From: Orbicella franksi
Taxonomy: Eukaryota
Direction of reading: 5' to 3'
Assembly (NCBI GenBank): GCA_964199315.1
Contig: OZ116698.1
Coordinates: forward strand, 21,390,001-21,454,000
Length of the DNA stretch: 64,000 nt
In this document: in pieces, positions 1 through 12,300 of the stretch
Numbering within the stretch: position 1 is the stretch's first letter
Layout of the letters: the number at the start of each line of letters is the position of its first letter
Translations under genes and position numbers: made by a program
Notes under the pieces: generated by a model
The model's database searches: none
What the model was told of the DNA's origin: nothing
Seen by the model: only the letters and a program-made list of their open reading frames with translations

Positions 1-357
1 TGCATGATCCCATCCTAAATCTATTATTTATAAAAAAAAAAATGATGGCAGCTACGCATGTAAAAATCATATCGTCTGTACAATTCGATGTCAGAGTGAA
101 ATAGTTGTGTGCTCTCAGCTAATAAAAATAGAGATAGTAATTAAAATGTCTAATAACACAACATACCATTCCTTTAGTTGTGGTTTACCTTAGACTTAGT
201 CGGTCCAGAATGTTCAGTCAACCTTGGTGGAGTGGACCGAGACTAAGCTTACGTTAATCCCCAAGCACATAGTTGGCATGTAAATAGTGTTGATTAACAA
301 CAACCACGTGTATGGGAGAGCGGGGCAATCAAATCAAAAACAATCTGATCTACTTAC

Positions 358-3300
358 TTGGGTACCGAAGGCGCACTATCTGGTCGGGATGGTACGCCCG
401 GTACGGGACGGGACGGGCGAGATGGCGGGGCGTGATTTGAGCCGTGATTTGAGGACGGTCGAGGTGCAGGAGGTTGTCTAGCCCCCCTGTAATAACAAAA
501 AGGAAAATCATTAGTTTTGTTTATCTCCATGTGTACTTCATAGTCACCCGTAACAAGAAAACTGCTAAAAGGTTTATTAAAAAATTTACTCCGCAGTGTG
601 AAACAGAAAACTGATGCGTTATTGATAACGTTTAGTAAACGTTAACCTTTTCACCCTTGTTTGTTCATTTGTTTGTTTGGGTCCTTGAGTAATAATTATT
701 GGTCTGTGCGTCCGTCCAACCATTCGTTCCTTCGTTCCTTCCTTCGTTCACTTCTTCGTGAGTTTTCTGGTTAATCCAGTTGCGCTCTTTTCCTGCTTGG
801 TTGGCTGGTCCGTTTGTTCGTTTATACCTTTGTTTGTCAGTTTCTCAGTTGATGGAAGCAGAACTCGCGTTTTATTACACTGTTTATAGTGTCGAGCGTA
901 GCAAATGAGTGACGTCATAGTCATACCTTGGCGGCTTGTATGAATCAGTCAGGTCCAGGTTTCCTGTGTCAACAGGCGGTGGGAGGGCTGTGCTGATTGT
1001 GGATGCGTCTATGTCACCAATAATCCGAAGAGCTTCCTTTAAGCTGTGAAACATGCGTAACATCTCCTCTCGGCGAGCAACCTCGGCGTCGCTTTCCTTC
1101 ATCAAGTCATTCTAAATCAATGGCAAAACGCAGCAGATATTCTTATTGAATTTACACGCAAGTCTTTAAATGAGTGAGTAAACAGTGAACAGCAAGCAAA
1201 GAATGCTTTGAAGAAAAAAAGCGCCACGATTTTTTCACGTGCCCAAAAAACGCCATGCTGTAAATCAAAATGTGCTGTCTACTAAAGGGGAATGCTGGCT
1301 TTCCAGCCATTTGATTGTCTGCGCAATAACGAGATTAGGTCTTTTAACAAATTCAATCTAATTTTAGACTCGTCTGGTTACCCTCTGGTTCACGTTGCTA
1401 ATCAGGGGAGAGAGTCAGGGACGATGAGAGAACTAGCTTCACACCTGCCTTCGTGTTTTTCTTACCTGATTTCCACTAGAATACAAATGCGCCAACAATT
1501 CCTGACCAATGAAATCCTTCACCTACGTGCGTTAAATAGAAAAGAGCATTTAGATTAAAAAACAAGGAACACTTTTATAATATTCTGAATTCAAATTAAA
1601 CTTAAGTTCTTAAGTTTTACGTGGACGTGTACTCCGCTATCGTCGTCAACGTTGTGTTGTACACAGCTCTAAGCGTAAGTTAATTCTTGGACTCGCACTA
1701 ATTTGCATTTGTCAGATACGTTGCCAAGTGCCTCACAACGTGACAGTGAGTGAAGCTTGGTATTATAGCTACTTGATAAAATAAATGTTCAATCTCGTCC
1801 CCAGAGCGGGCGTCAGTTCAGTCAGCGATGAGTAAACGCCCCCCTACGATCTGGGCAAAATCAAAGACCGTAACCAGAAAATCCTGGTTCTGACTTTACT
1901 GAGAACATGGATCGTAGTTTGACAGAGGTTTCTAAACATGCGCAGAGAGTAACTGTTGTGCTTACGCTGGCTAAAGTTCCGATTTTGCCTTGAAGCCTCG
2001 ATCTTTGTTGCTGAGCAAATGCATCGCGGCCGCTGGGAATGGGATTGATGGAAGTTGCTTTACTGGGAATGAGACTGCGCAATCGATTAAAACTCCAATT
2101 TTCATGCCTTGTTTATATCCAATATCAGATACCACGGTCAGTCAATGTTCACTTGTAAAATGGCCAATTAACACAAGGTTTGCTCATTATATCCGAGAGC
2201 TGAAATATGTTAAATTAATTTGAAGTGGTACTTGCCACCTGAAAACAGTACATACAATGACGTAAGCTTACGTTGTTTATCACAAAGAACATGACAGTTT
2301 TAGGGACGAGATCTCGAACGGTCTTGCTGACGATCTTTATGTAAGAATCCGCCAAGTTTCTTATGGTTTCCACTTGACGCTCCATCTGCGGATCAAGGGT
2401 GCCAATTTCACCTTGCTGTGGAAAAGACAAAAAATGACGAGCACCAAACATGTACATTGTAACACTGCATCAAATTGACATGGCGTTGCGTTTCAAGTTA
2501 GAGGAACCGAAAATAATGCCAGCTAGTGCTGTATCACGAGGAGAAATTGTACATAAAAAGATGACATAAAGTTGTTACAATCTACCTCTTCACTCTCTCG
2601 AAATCCAAGAACATAATAGATGTGATCTAACGGACATACTGTCAGTCACTTAAAAAATCTGTTGGATGTTAGCTCCATTATCTTGGTCTCCCAAGATAGG
2701 GATGTCACATTCTAATTACTTTTGTTCGCATCAACGCAAATCTCACGTTGAACTATTGATCACGTGAGCGCGTTCTTCTTATGGTCCTTACCAGGCTCTT
2801 TTCTTCTGATGCTTCCCTCTCAGGGTAAACCCCCGCACGTAAGAACGAGGCTTTCCAGCTGTCTACTGAATCTTGGTTTTCCCCCGCCAGCTCCAGCGAC
2901 TTGTAGTCTTTAAATAAGTTTCTAAAGAGTGTTAAAAGGGCACGACACTGGTTCACATCAATAAAATATTACCTTGCTTACGCGACAAAGCACTTGTATG
3001 TACTCTACAAGGGCGCTTAAAAGTACCATGAACCGAATCCGCAAGAGAAATTTCCCAAGGGACTTCAAACCGGGGGAGCGTGAGATGCATCGAGAAATTC
3101 AAAGTCTTCTGTGTTCGTAATCGATCATAATCGTTCCCAATATCTGCCATCCCTGTTCCTTTATGGTTCAATATTAGCTCTCGTTTTTAACTGTTTATAA
3201 TAACGTGGTAAAGCATTATTTTCAGGTTGCCTTCGACTGAATATATCGAGACATGGGTTGTTAAAGCTCCAGCTTCAATATAAAGATTATGCTTACTGCT

Positions 3301-6300
3301 TTCCATGCATTTCTTGCATACAGATTTTCCTTGGTGCCTCTAGGTTTATCGGGAAGACTAAAACAATAATCCTGCTCACTCTGGCACCTAACTTTTTTCA
3401 GTTTTTTGATGGGCAATTCCCTCTATGAGACGAGCCTGCAGGGGATCATGGTAGTTGTTTTCATCATCTTGGACTGGATTTTGTTTTAATGGATACAACT
3501 ACCATGATTCTCCTCAGGCATGTCTCATGGAATTGCCCACTATTGTCCTTTTCCTAAAGACCTCTGGTGCCATGCAGCAAAGAAAAAATTTCATTCATAT
3601 CATTTATCTTAGCGTTCATTCTATTTATCTTGGTCAATGACTCTATAAAATACTTTTTATCTCATCCTTGTTCTGAGCCCTTACTAATACAAATTATCAT
3701 TCGATGCATTTTTTCTTTCCTTTCAATGGCTGAGAACCCACCACGTGACTTTCTGTTCTACTCATGTCTAATTGTAACCACGCTTCCTTGAGCCGACAGA
3801 GAGTAATTTAAATATGAAAATAAACTTAATGATCGAATGATTTATCACAAAATATCGTGATTTGTCAGTGTCTTGCAGATCAATTATTTGCCTCGGCCTT
3901 CGCCTTCGGCAAATAATAGATCTGCTCGTCACTCAGAAATCACGATATTTTACTCAACCTCGTCCTAAAATTGTTAAGTATTTGTCAGGACTGCTTCAAG
4001 ACAAAAGCTCAACCTTCTCCAAATGTGAATTCCTCAAGATCAAGAGTCCCGTCTATTACCCCCGAATGGAAGGGACAGATGTGCGTGTTTGAACTCTGTT
4101 ACCGTGAAGAAACCTTGAAATCATTAGCACTGTTCAGCACTAGATTCAGTATCTTGACGGCGGAGAAAAGCTGACTTACTTCTGATCAGGATTGAAGATA
4201 GCAAAAGCAGCCTTTCTGGATATGAAACCTGCCTCTGCGTCACGCAAGCGCACACCGTCCAACCTCAACTGATACTTCTGCTCCTTCTCCTGAAAACAAC
4301 ACATAAATCAAAAGTATTTTTTTTAACTTCCTCCTTTAAAAGAGAAACACGTAAACATTTCCCACTACATCAATAGCATCTGTGAGCTAAAATAACTGGC
4401 CCTTAGACAACCTAACATAGTAACACAGTCACTCAGTAAATATTTCTACCGTGTCGAATTCAATTAAACGAATTTAAATCGACGGAAATTCGACGTCTGA
4501 ATCGGCTGCGGCATTTCTGCCGCACGTTCGACTGGTCTTCTCGCATTATCCGACAGAAATGCGACACCGCTTCAAACGTCGTGTCGAATCTAACAAATAT
4601 ACATTAGGTTACTGTATGGAGCATGCGTAAATTTGGTCCCGCCAAAGAAAAAGAAGAAACTTGACCATTCTCGTCCCATTGCTACCTGGCAGTAAGGCGC
4701 AGTGGCTCGATCAACACGTTGCTGATATGCCAGATGCAATCTCCTCAGACGAATTCTATACAAAGACAAGTTGGAGTTTAAAGGAGCTACGTGACGTTTT
4801 GCGCATATTGAAAAGTTTAGCCTCGATTTTTCAAATTCGTCGTTTGTAATCCGTGTCAATCTTCTCCATCCTTAGCCATCCTTGTTCCTTTATGGTTTAT
4901 CATTATCTCTTTGATGTTTTTCTATCTTATTAAACTGTCACTTTCAGGTTTCCTACCATTAAAAGGTAATTTTGTATATGGCCAAAATAACTCAAAATAC
5001 CGTGACTGAGCACCTTTAAACATGAGTTTTAATTTGAACATATTGCAACACATACTGCAACCTAACCTACCAAAATGTTAGCATATTGTCAGGCTGTCAT
5101 GTTAGTATGTAGCATTCTAACATGCTAGCATGCTCGATCCGAAAACAAGCATACCAATGAGGCCACTGCGCCCCTACAGCATGTTAGCATGCCAGTATAC
5201 TAACATGCTAACATGTAACCAGGCTAACATTTCATTTATCTTATTTCATTCATCAACATTTTCATGAGCTAAGTAACAATTTAATTATGTAAAAAATTAA
5301 ATGAATAAACAATGGAGGGGAAAGCTGATAAAAAAAAAAACAATTTGGCTTTTAAGTTAACATGGTTACATGATAATATTTTAGCTTGCTAAATGCTAGC
5401 ATGATAGTATGCTAAATCCTCACCATCTAAATGCTAAACATGAACTCAACTCTACCAAGGTTTTCAACTCAAAAGAAACTCTATCAACAGTATTGTCATC
5501 TGTATTTGAAAATCCATCTTACCTCTTCATCCTTATACCATGAAAGAGCTTCGGCTAAAAAAAATAAGATAACAAATATTAACACTGAAGATTTCTAATG
5601 CTGGGAGTTATTTCTGGCATAACCTACGTTTGCTACTTTAACATCGCATGCCAGCTTAGTTAACAAACAAACAAGCAGTATGTAACCTCTACCATTTGTC
5701 CCCACCATTTTTAATCCCTGCAGAGGAGGAGAGGGATAGTAGTCCCTGTAATGGCCTACATGGGGAGGCTCTGCCTAAAGGAGTACCTTTTTCAGGCTTG
5801 GGGTATATTAAAGGGTAGGGATTTCACAAGTTGAGGTATACGAAAGGGTAGGTAAATCTTTCTGTCATTTAGTTCTTTTAAAGTCCCTTTAATAAAAATA
5901 CTTCTAACAGATGCACCTTATGATAGTATCATTTCAATAATTACACAATGCATGAAAATGACAATCTTGAAGACTTCCATTTTTGATGATGTACATGTAT
6001 TTATAATACAGGCCAGTTATGAAATATGTGACAGGGGTACCCTTCTCCAATTTAAGGTATAGGAAAGGGGTTCCTTTTCTGTCAAAATGGTACATGTATA
6101 ATAAAGGGTAAGGGGTTGGGAACTCAGGGCCGTGCCTCCCCGTATAGGACTTTTCAGAATTCCTACCCCCCCCCCTCCCTCCCCTGGGTTTCAATGCCAG
6201 GAAAAAGGTCTTTTAAAAAGAGAAATAACAACAACGTCTAGTAGAAGCATTCTCATCAATCAGTACAATCTTGAAATATCTTCAATTTCTATCCCCCTCA

Positions 6301-9300
6301 ATTTACATGCACCTGTTGAATAAGGAATACAATGTCTTGAGATTCCTTGAATTCGTTTCCATGCATGACTCCTAAAGTCCACCCCCTAGAGTCGTTATTT
6401 GTGGAAAGTGAGCAAAAGAGAAGAAGGGGCCTGGCTATCAGGGTGAAGTACCTGGACAATGTACATGTATAAATATGGCCCTGGCAGGAATCCTGAACAA
6501 GCCAGTAAATGAGGGCTAAAGAGGGCTAATTAACAATTAGACCCATAGCTCGCAAGGGCTAGGAGTCAATAGCCCATGAGGCAAAGCCAAATGGGCTATT
6601 GACCCATGGCCCTTGAGGGTGAAGGGTCTAATAATTAGATAATAAAACAATTATTGTTTTATTATCACCCAACTAGTCAGACAGAAAAAGGCAATAATAA
6701 AGTAAGCAAATGCAAGTTGAAGAAAGATTTATTTGGGACTAAAACAAAAGAAAGCGTCACGCTCAATTGCACCAATTTCGCTACACGAGGACTATTACTA
6801 ATAGTCCTCTAGTAGCTTAGCCAATTAAAATGTAGGATTTGCATTAGTCCACAAGTTGGGTGATACTAAAGAGGAATAATCAACAACACAGAAATATTCT
6901 TTGACCACAGAAACTAACACAAAAGATGCGCAAGAGCGTCTTAAGGAGGACAACCCTGGGACAAGAGATACGTTGCTTGAAAGCCTTAACGACAAAGAGG
7001 CCAAGTCAATGACCCAACACATCCGAACAAGTTGGCATCAGTTCATTTTTGCAGGAGTAGGATGCAAGAGACCACTGCACTAGACAGGTGGTGGTTCACT
7101 GGAGAAAAGTGCAGATCTGCCCAAAAGGAAACAAGGACTGTTGATGTTGATGTCTTTCTCAACACCTGACAGCCACAGAAAGCACTCAAAGCAAACTAAA
7201 GAAAAGTAGAGAAAAACGAGGTGGGATCTTAGTTGGGCCCAGATTCAGTTCAAGTATGTATTTCTACATAATGCATACGAACACGGCAAAGAGACATAAA
7301 AGTACTGCTTGAAAGCTGCACTTTTTTAGAATTTACACCAGGGTTTCATCTGGACATACCCACAAGTAAGAGCACACAAAATTTGAATTTTAGTTTACCA
7401 TTGAACAGGTACATGTAGAGGCACGGTGGCCTCATGGTTAGTGCGCTCGTCTCCAGATCAAGTGGTCCCGGTTTGAGCCCTGGCCAGGACATTGTGTTGT
7501 GTTCTTGGGCAAGACACTTTACTCTCACGGTGCCTTTCTCCACCCAGGTGTATAAATTGGTACTGGCGAATTTAATGCTGGGGGTTCCTCTGCGATGAAC
7601 TAGCATCCCATCCAGGGGGGAGTAGAAATACTCCTAGTCGCTTCATACTAAGGAAACTGGAATATGCTCCGGCCCAGTGGGCTACTTGACTCGTATGCAG
7701 ACTTTACCTTCACCCTATCTTATTGAACAGGTACATAACTTACCTGTGAGTACAAACCAGTACTCTTTGTTCATTCCCTTCATAAACCCGGCATTGCTTA
7801 TTGTCAGCCACCCTTTCCTAATCACCTGAGAGAAAACAATACAAGGTGAGTGTTAATGGGTTGTGGAGAGATAATCTGTAATTGCTTAGCTCAACATTTT
7901 TTCTTTAATATTTAAAGTTTTTTTACAGAACAAAAGCCTATAAAGAAAACAACCAAACAAAACTGTGGGACTGGAAAGTTTAAATCAAAGTACAGAAAAT
8001 GAGAAAAGTTACAACTTTAGTTGTTCCACAATGAAATACAGTATGGTCCATACACATCCAAAATTAACTCAAACATGAACAACAAAATTGAGCTCAAAGT
8101 TGATTTTGCCAAGTTGAACACACCTGGTTTGACACAGTTCTCTTTACTTTTCTTTCTCCAGGGTTGGTACTACTTGATGCCCTACAAGAAAATAATACAC
8201 ATCAATGACAATTCAACTGCATTTTAAAATATTACAGAACTGACTGCCAGCTAAGGGAGCTATCGCTCCCATGCTACCCAACTTCTGGCAGCAGTTCAGG
8301 ATTGCATATCTGGAAAATTAAATGGGCATTTAGTGGCATCTGAGTAATATGCAAGAGACAATGTTGTCTCAGAAGGAGCCCTAAATGCTTTTGAGTGCCT
8401 GTCTGTGCTGAAGGAGCTAGATACACTGTAGAGAGCCAACTGGTGAGGAGCTCAACAAGGCCATGGACTCTCTTGTACCCGGCAAGGGACCTGGAAAAAA
8501 CGGTATCCCTGCAGAGATCCCAAAGTGTTACAAGTCACGCATCCATCCTCCACCAACAGCACAAGATTCTTTGCCTGTGCTGAAGGGAAGGCAGAGTGCC
8601 ACAAGACACAACGGATGCCAATATTCAGTGTCACTAAAAACAAGAGTGATAGGAGCAATTGCAACAACTATCATGGCTTCCCCCTCCTCAGTATTGTCGG
8701 AAACGTCTTTGCTCGAGTAGCACAAATGAGGCTCCAAGTACTCGTGGAGAAAGTCTACCCTGAATCGCTTGCAATGATCTGTTGATCATGTCTTTAAATC
8801 ATTTTCTTGCAGTTTGAATATACTGTATGTTTCATATATTCATGCATATTTTTACCATCTACAGGTATGTAACAGAAATTTGCAACATCCCAGCTCCAGT
8901 TGGCTTGATAGCCCAATTGGTAGGGCATTGCACTTGGTATTGCAGCTCTAAGTCAAGCATTATTTTTAAAGTACTGTTAAAAGTACAGGTATGTACATGT
9001 AAATAACTACAATGATCTCACGTCTTCAAGACTTTCTTTTGCTGATCAAATATTTGATAATTCATATATTCACTTGCATACAGCAGTGGGTAAGTATTAA
9101 CAAAATCAACAAAGCTATCTTGGAACAACCAGAACCAGGTCCCAGTAGTTTTTAAAAACACCATAGTGTTATCCATCCTTGAACAACTAGAGGCAGCCAT
9201 TATTTTTTATCCACCCAGGATCTTAGCAACGAGAAGACAGATGTGGCAAGGTGGAAGAAATATCTATTCCATACACCTGAAGGAGGACTGCCTGTCCTAC

Positions 9301-12300
9301 AGAATAGTAGCCATGAACAATGCACTATTGTCCACAACCAACCACAAAGCTCAGTATCAGTTCAGATAATGAAATGAAATTGACTTACTCTGCATATCCA
9401 ATAAAATCAGGATGATTTGTGTTGATATAAGCAAGTTCCATGTCAATAAACGTTTTAACCTGCAAGGAGGCATGGATGATATTTAGTAAGTTTTTGGTAT
9501 ATACCTCATGCCATACATTATTTCCTCCCAGATAGGATGCTACCCAGTAGGCCTTTTGTAGGGTTACCACCAGCATTTAATTTGCTTATACCCATCACTA
9601 CAACTGGGCAGAGAAAAGCAAGTGTCCTGCCCAACAAAATGTGATCACCCTGGAGAGGGCATGAATGCAAACTGTAACCCCAGCAACAATTTCTGACTGC
9701 ACAGCATCAACCATGGTTCCCAAAAGCTTATGTTTGTACATTTCAATATAAGTACCTGATCCTTGGATTTAACCTCTCCTTTCCTTCCATGTTGAACAAC
9801 AATTTTCTCCACCTGATCCCTAAGCAGAGGGTATTTGTCCATCTGCCATTTAGAGAACAATAATTATTGAATCAAAATAAAATAATCACAAAAAAAAAAT
9901 AATAAAAAGTGCCTTCATACCTTAGTTATGCACTTTCAACACATCTGGATTATTCTGCAGTTGATTTGAAGCATACATTGTATTACAACATTATTACACA
10001 GTACATGCAATAACAGTCTCTGTTCACAAATCCCCCATTTTCAGGCTAATGATATTATTCAATTTTGGACTTCAGTGTCTACATGTAATTTGACATGATT
10101 TTATGTTTTACAGTAGCTTCTTTCTTTCCTTTATCTCTCTCTTTCTTTTTTACTTCTAATCAATGGTCTCCACGTATAATTTTCTTTCACTCTGACAAAC
10201 AAATTTTGATCAAACATCTTCATGAGCCCTACATCATGCTTGCACTCATAATTCCAGTGTTTCACTGTACATAAAATGAGCTACATAATTTAAAGTACAT
10301 GTACATGTGGGACTAACAATGTATTATTTTATAATTATGAAATAATATAATTAATTTGAAATTAATTATCAATAATGTTGCATTAAGCCTCCACTTCACC
10401 TGGCTTGAACATTTCTTGATGACATTAGTTAATTCTGACATAACCATGTCCACACACTTCACCGCTGGGTTTCTAAGTTTCTCAATCTGACGTTTTACTA
10501 TTGCTTCGAAGGCCATATCAGGTGTGAAGAGACCAACCCTATTTCGAGAAAAGAAATGTCATACTAATGTGGTAACATTTCCATGAGTACTGTTACAAAA
10601 ATTCACTGTGTATCAAACAAAGAAAACAAAAAAACCCTCAGAACATTAAATTATAAAGTACATGTAGGAGTCAGGGACAGCATTCAAACATTAATTAGAA
10701 AAAATGCAACAAGGTTAAAAATCTCAAATAGCAGGATGCATTACCAGTTCGCCATTTACAAGCTCGGCTGTAGCCTACATTATATCTTGTGTCCTTTAAA
10801 CTTGAGCAAGCTACAGTTATAACTAAAGACAATTTAGTTGGAAGCTCCTCACTCCAATCAAGTGTATACTTCTGTAAACTAATTAACAATGGTAATAGGA
10901 CTGAGTGGAGTCCAATTCAGTCTGTAATCATACGAGTGATTAACAAAATCGGACGACCACAAAGCGGGAGTCCGATTTGTTAATCACGAGTATGATTACA
11001 GACTGAATTGGACAACACGATGTCCTGTTACCAATTAATCAAAACTATGACAACATTCAAGAAATGAACAAACCATCAATTGAGCACTGAACGATTAAAC
11101 GTTGTTATGAATGCTGAAAAACACAGCAGTTTACTCAACAAAGTGCATCGCAACAGCACGCACAAAATGATGCGTACTGTCCAATTACAAGCATGACGTG
11201 TACACTGTCCAATTAATGCTCAAATCAGGTTGCTGATACCCAGTCACGTTCGAGAATTTTGTTATACTTTTGATTATGAATGTTTATCCGTATATCACTT
11301 TGTAGGTGTATGACCATGCAAGACTAGAGGATATTAGATATTAATTTAATTGCCTGTATGGTTTATAAACTAACCCTTACCTGATACCATGAATGTTCTT
11401 GATGGCAAACATAATTTCTTTCCTGAGCTGCTTCTCATCAAATTCCACCTATGATTTCACAAGAAAAGATATCAATTATAAAATGTTTCTCTCAAGCAAC
11501 ATCACCAAAATGACTGTTTTTTCTTCTCTAGTCTGACTATTACTACCAGGTTTAGCAAACAATAATTTTAATTATTGAGTAGTAGTATTAAAATACTACT
11601 CTACTTCATCCAATTTAACAAGCTTAATTAATTGGTTCAAAAAAAGTCGATTGATTTATTAAAGAGATTTCAGGCTGTCAGGCTGGAAAGACTGGTCAAA
11701 GAATAGACCATTTTAAATACAGTTGTCTGTTCAGTGACTTGGCCTTTGAATGGCAGCGATGCTGCAGGTGACCTTGTTTTGATTAAGACCTCACTCCTTT
11801 TGTTGTGCAAATCAAGTTGTTCCTATGCTTACTAGTTGGCATTTACATGAGAAAAGCAGAGAGGTCTGTATCAAAGCAAGGTCACCTCCAGGCTAGCTTG
11901 CATCCATAGGCCAAGTACATGTAACTAAGCAAACAACTGTAGAATGGCCTATTTTCAGTGAAACTTAATTGCAATGTATGTAGTCACTGACTGCCCTGGA
12001 TAGAACACCACAGGCTTAGACAGTAAGCCCACTCAAAACCTCAGATTGTAGATATGGCTTTAGGAGAATTTATCATGGGATTGTCCGCAATATCTTTGAT
12101 CTTTGATTGTCCACAATAATCTTTGATCTTTTTTCATCAATTTGCAACTGTACTCTACGTCAGTATTTGTTCAAAAAGTGTAAAGTATAAAATCATTCAT
12201 TACCTTGACTAACTCATAAGGAAATCTCTCATGAAATATCCGGTTTATCTTAGCTCCACCTGACAGCTCCTTAGTGTCAATTGTATCTCCAGAACCCTCA

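Noticed and set aside
218-242. Candidate last dynamin exon (AA|T CTC GGT ... TGA = NLGPLHQG*)
   Set aside because: Phase fits, but the acceptor has a poor pyrimidine tract, the peptide is unlike dynamin tails and no poly(A) signal is visible. The true exon may lie left of the window.
2215-2271. TTTTCAG acceptor and short terminal exon just after dynamin exon 19
   Set aside because: It would need a 33-nt intron, which is too short; the downstream GED exons are intact.
5075-5230. Cluster of ATGTTAG / CTAACAT / TAGCATGCTA short inverted motifs
   Set aside because: Looks like a decayed simple or palindromic repeat with no stable unit or clear ends.
6901-7083. 60-aa plus-strand ORF in a dynamin intron
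   Set aside because: Starts at TTG, has no recognisable motif, and is probably a transposon relic or chance ORF.
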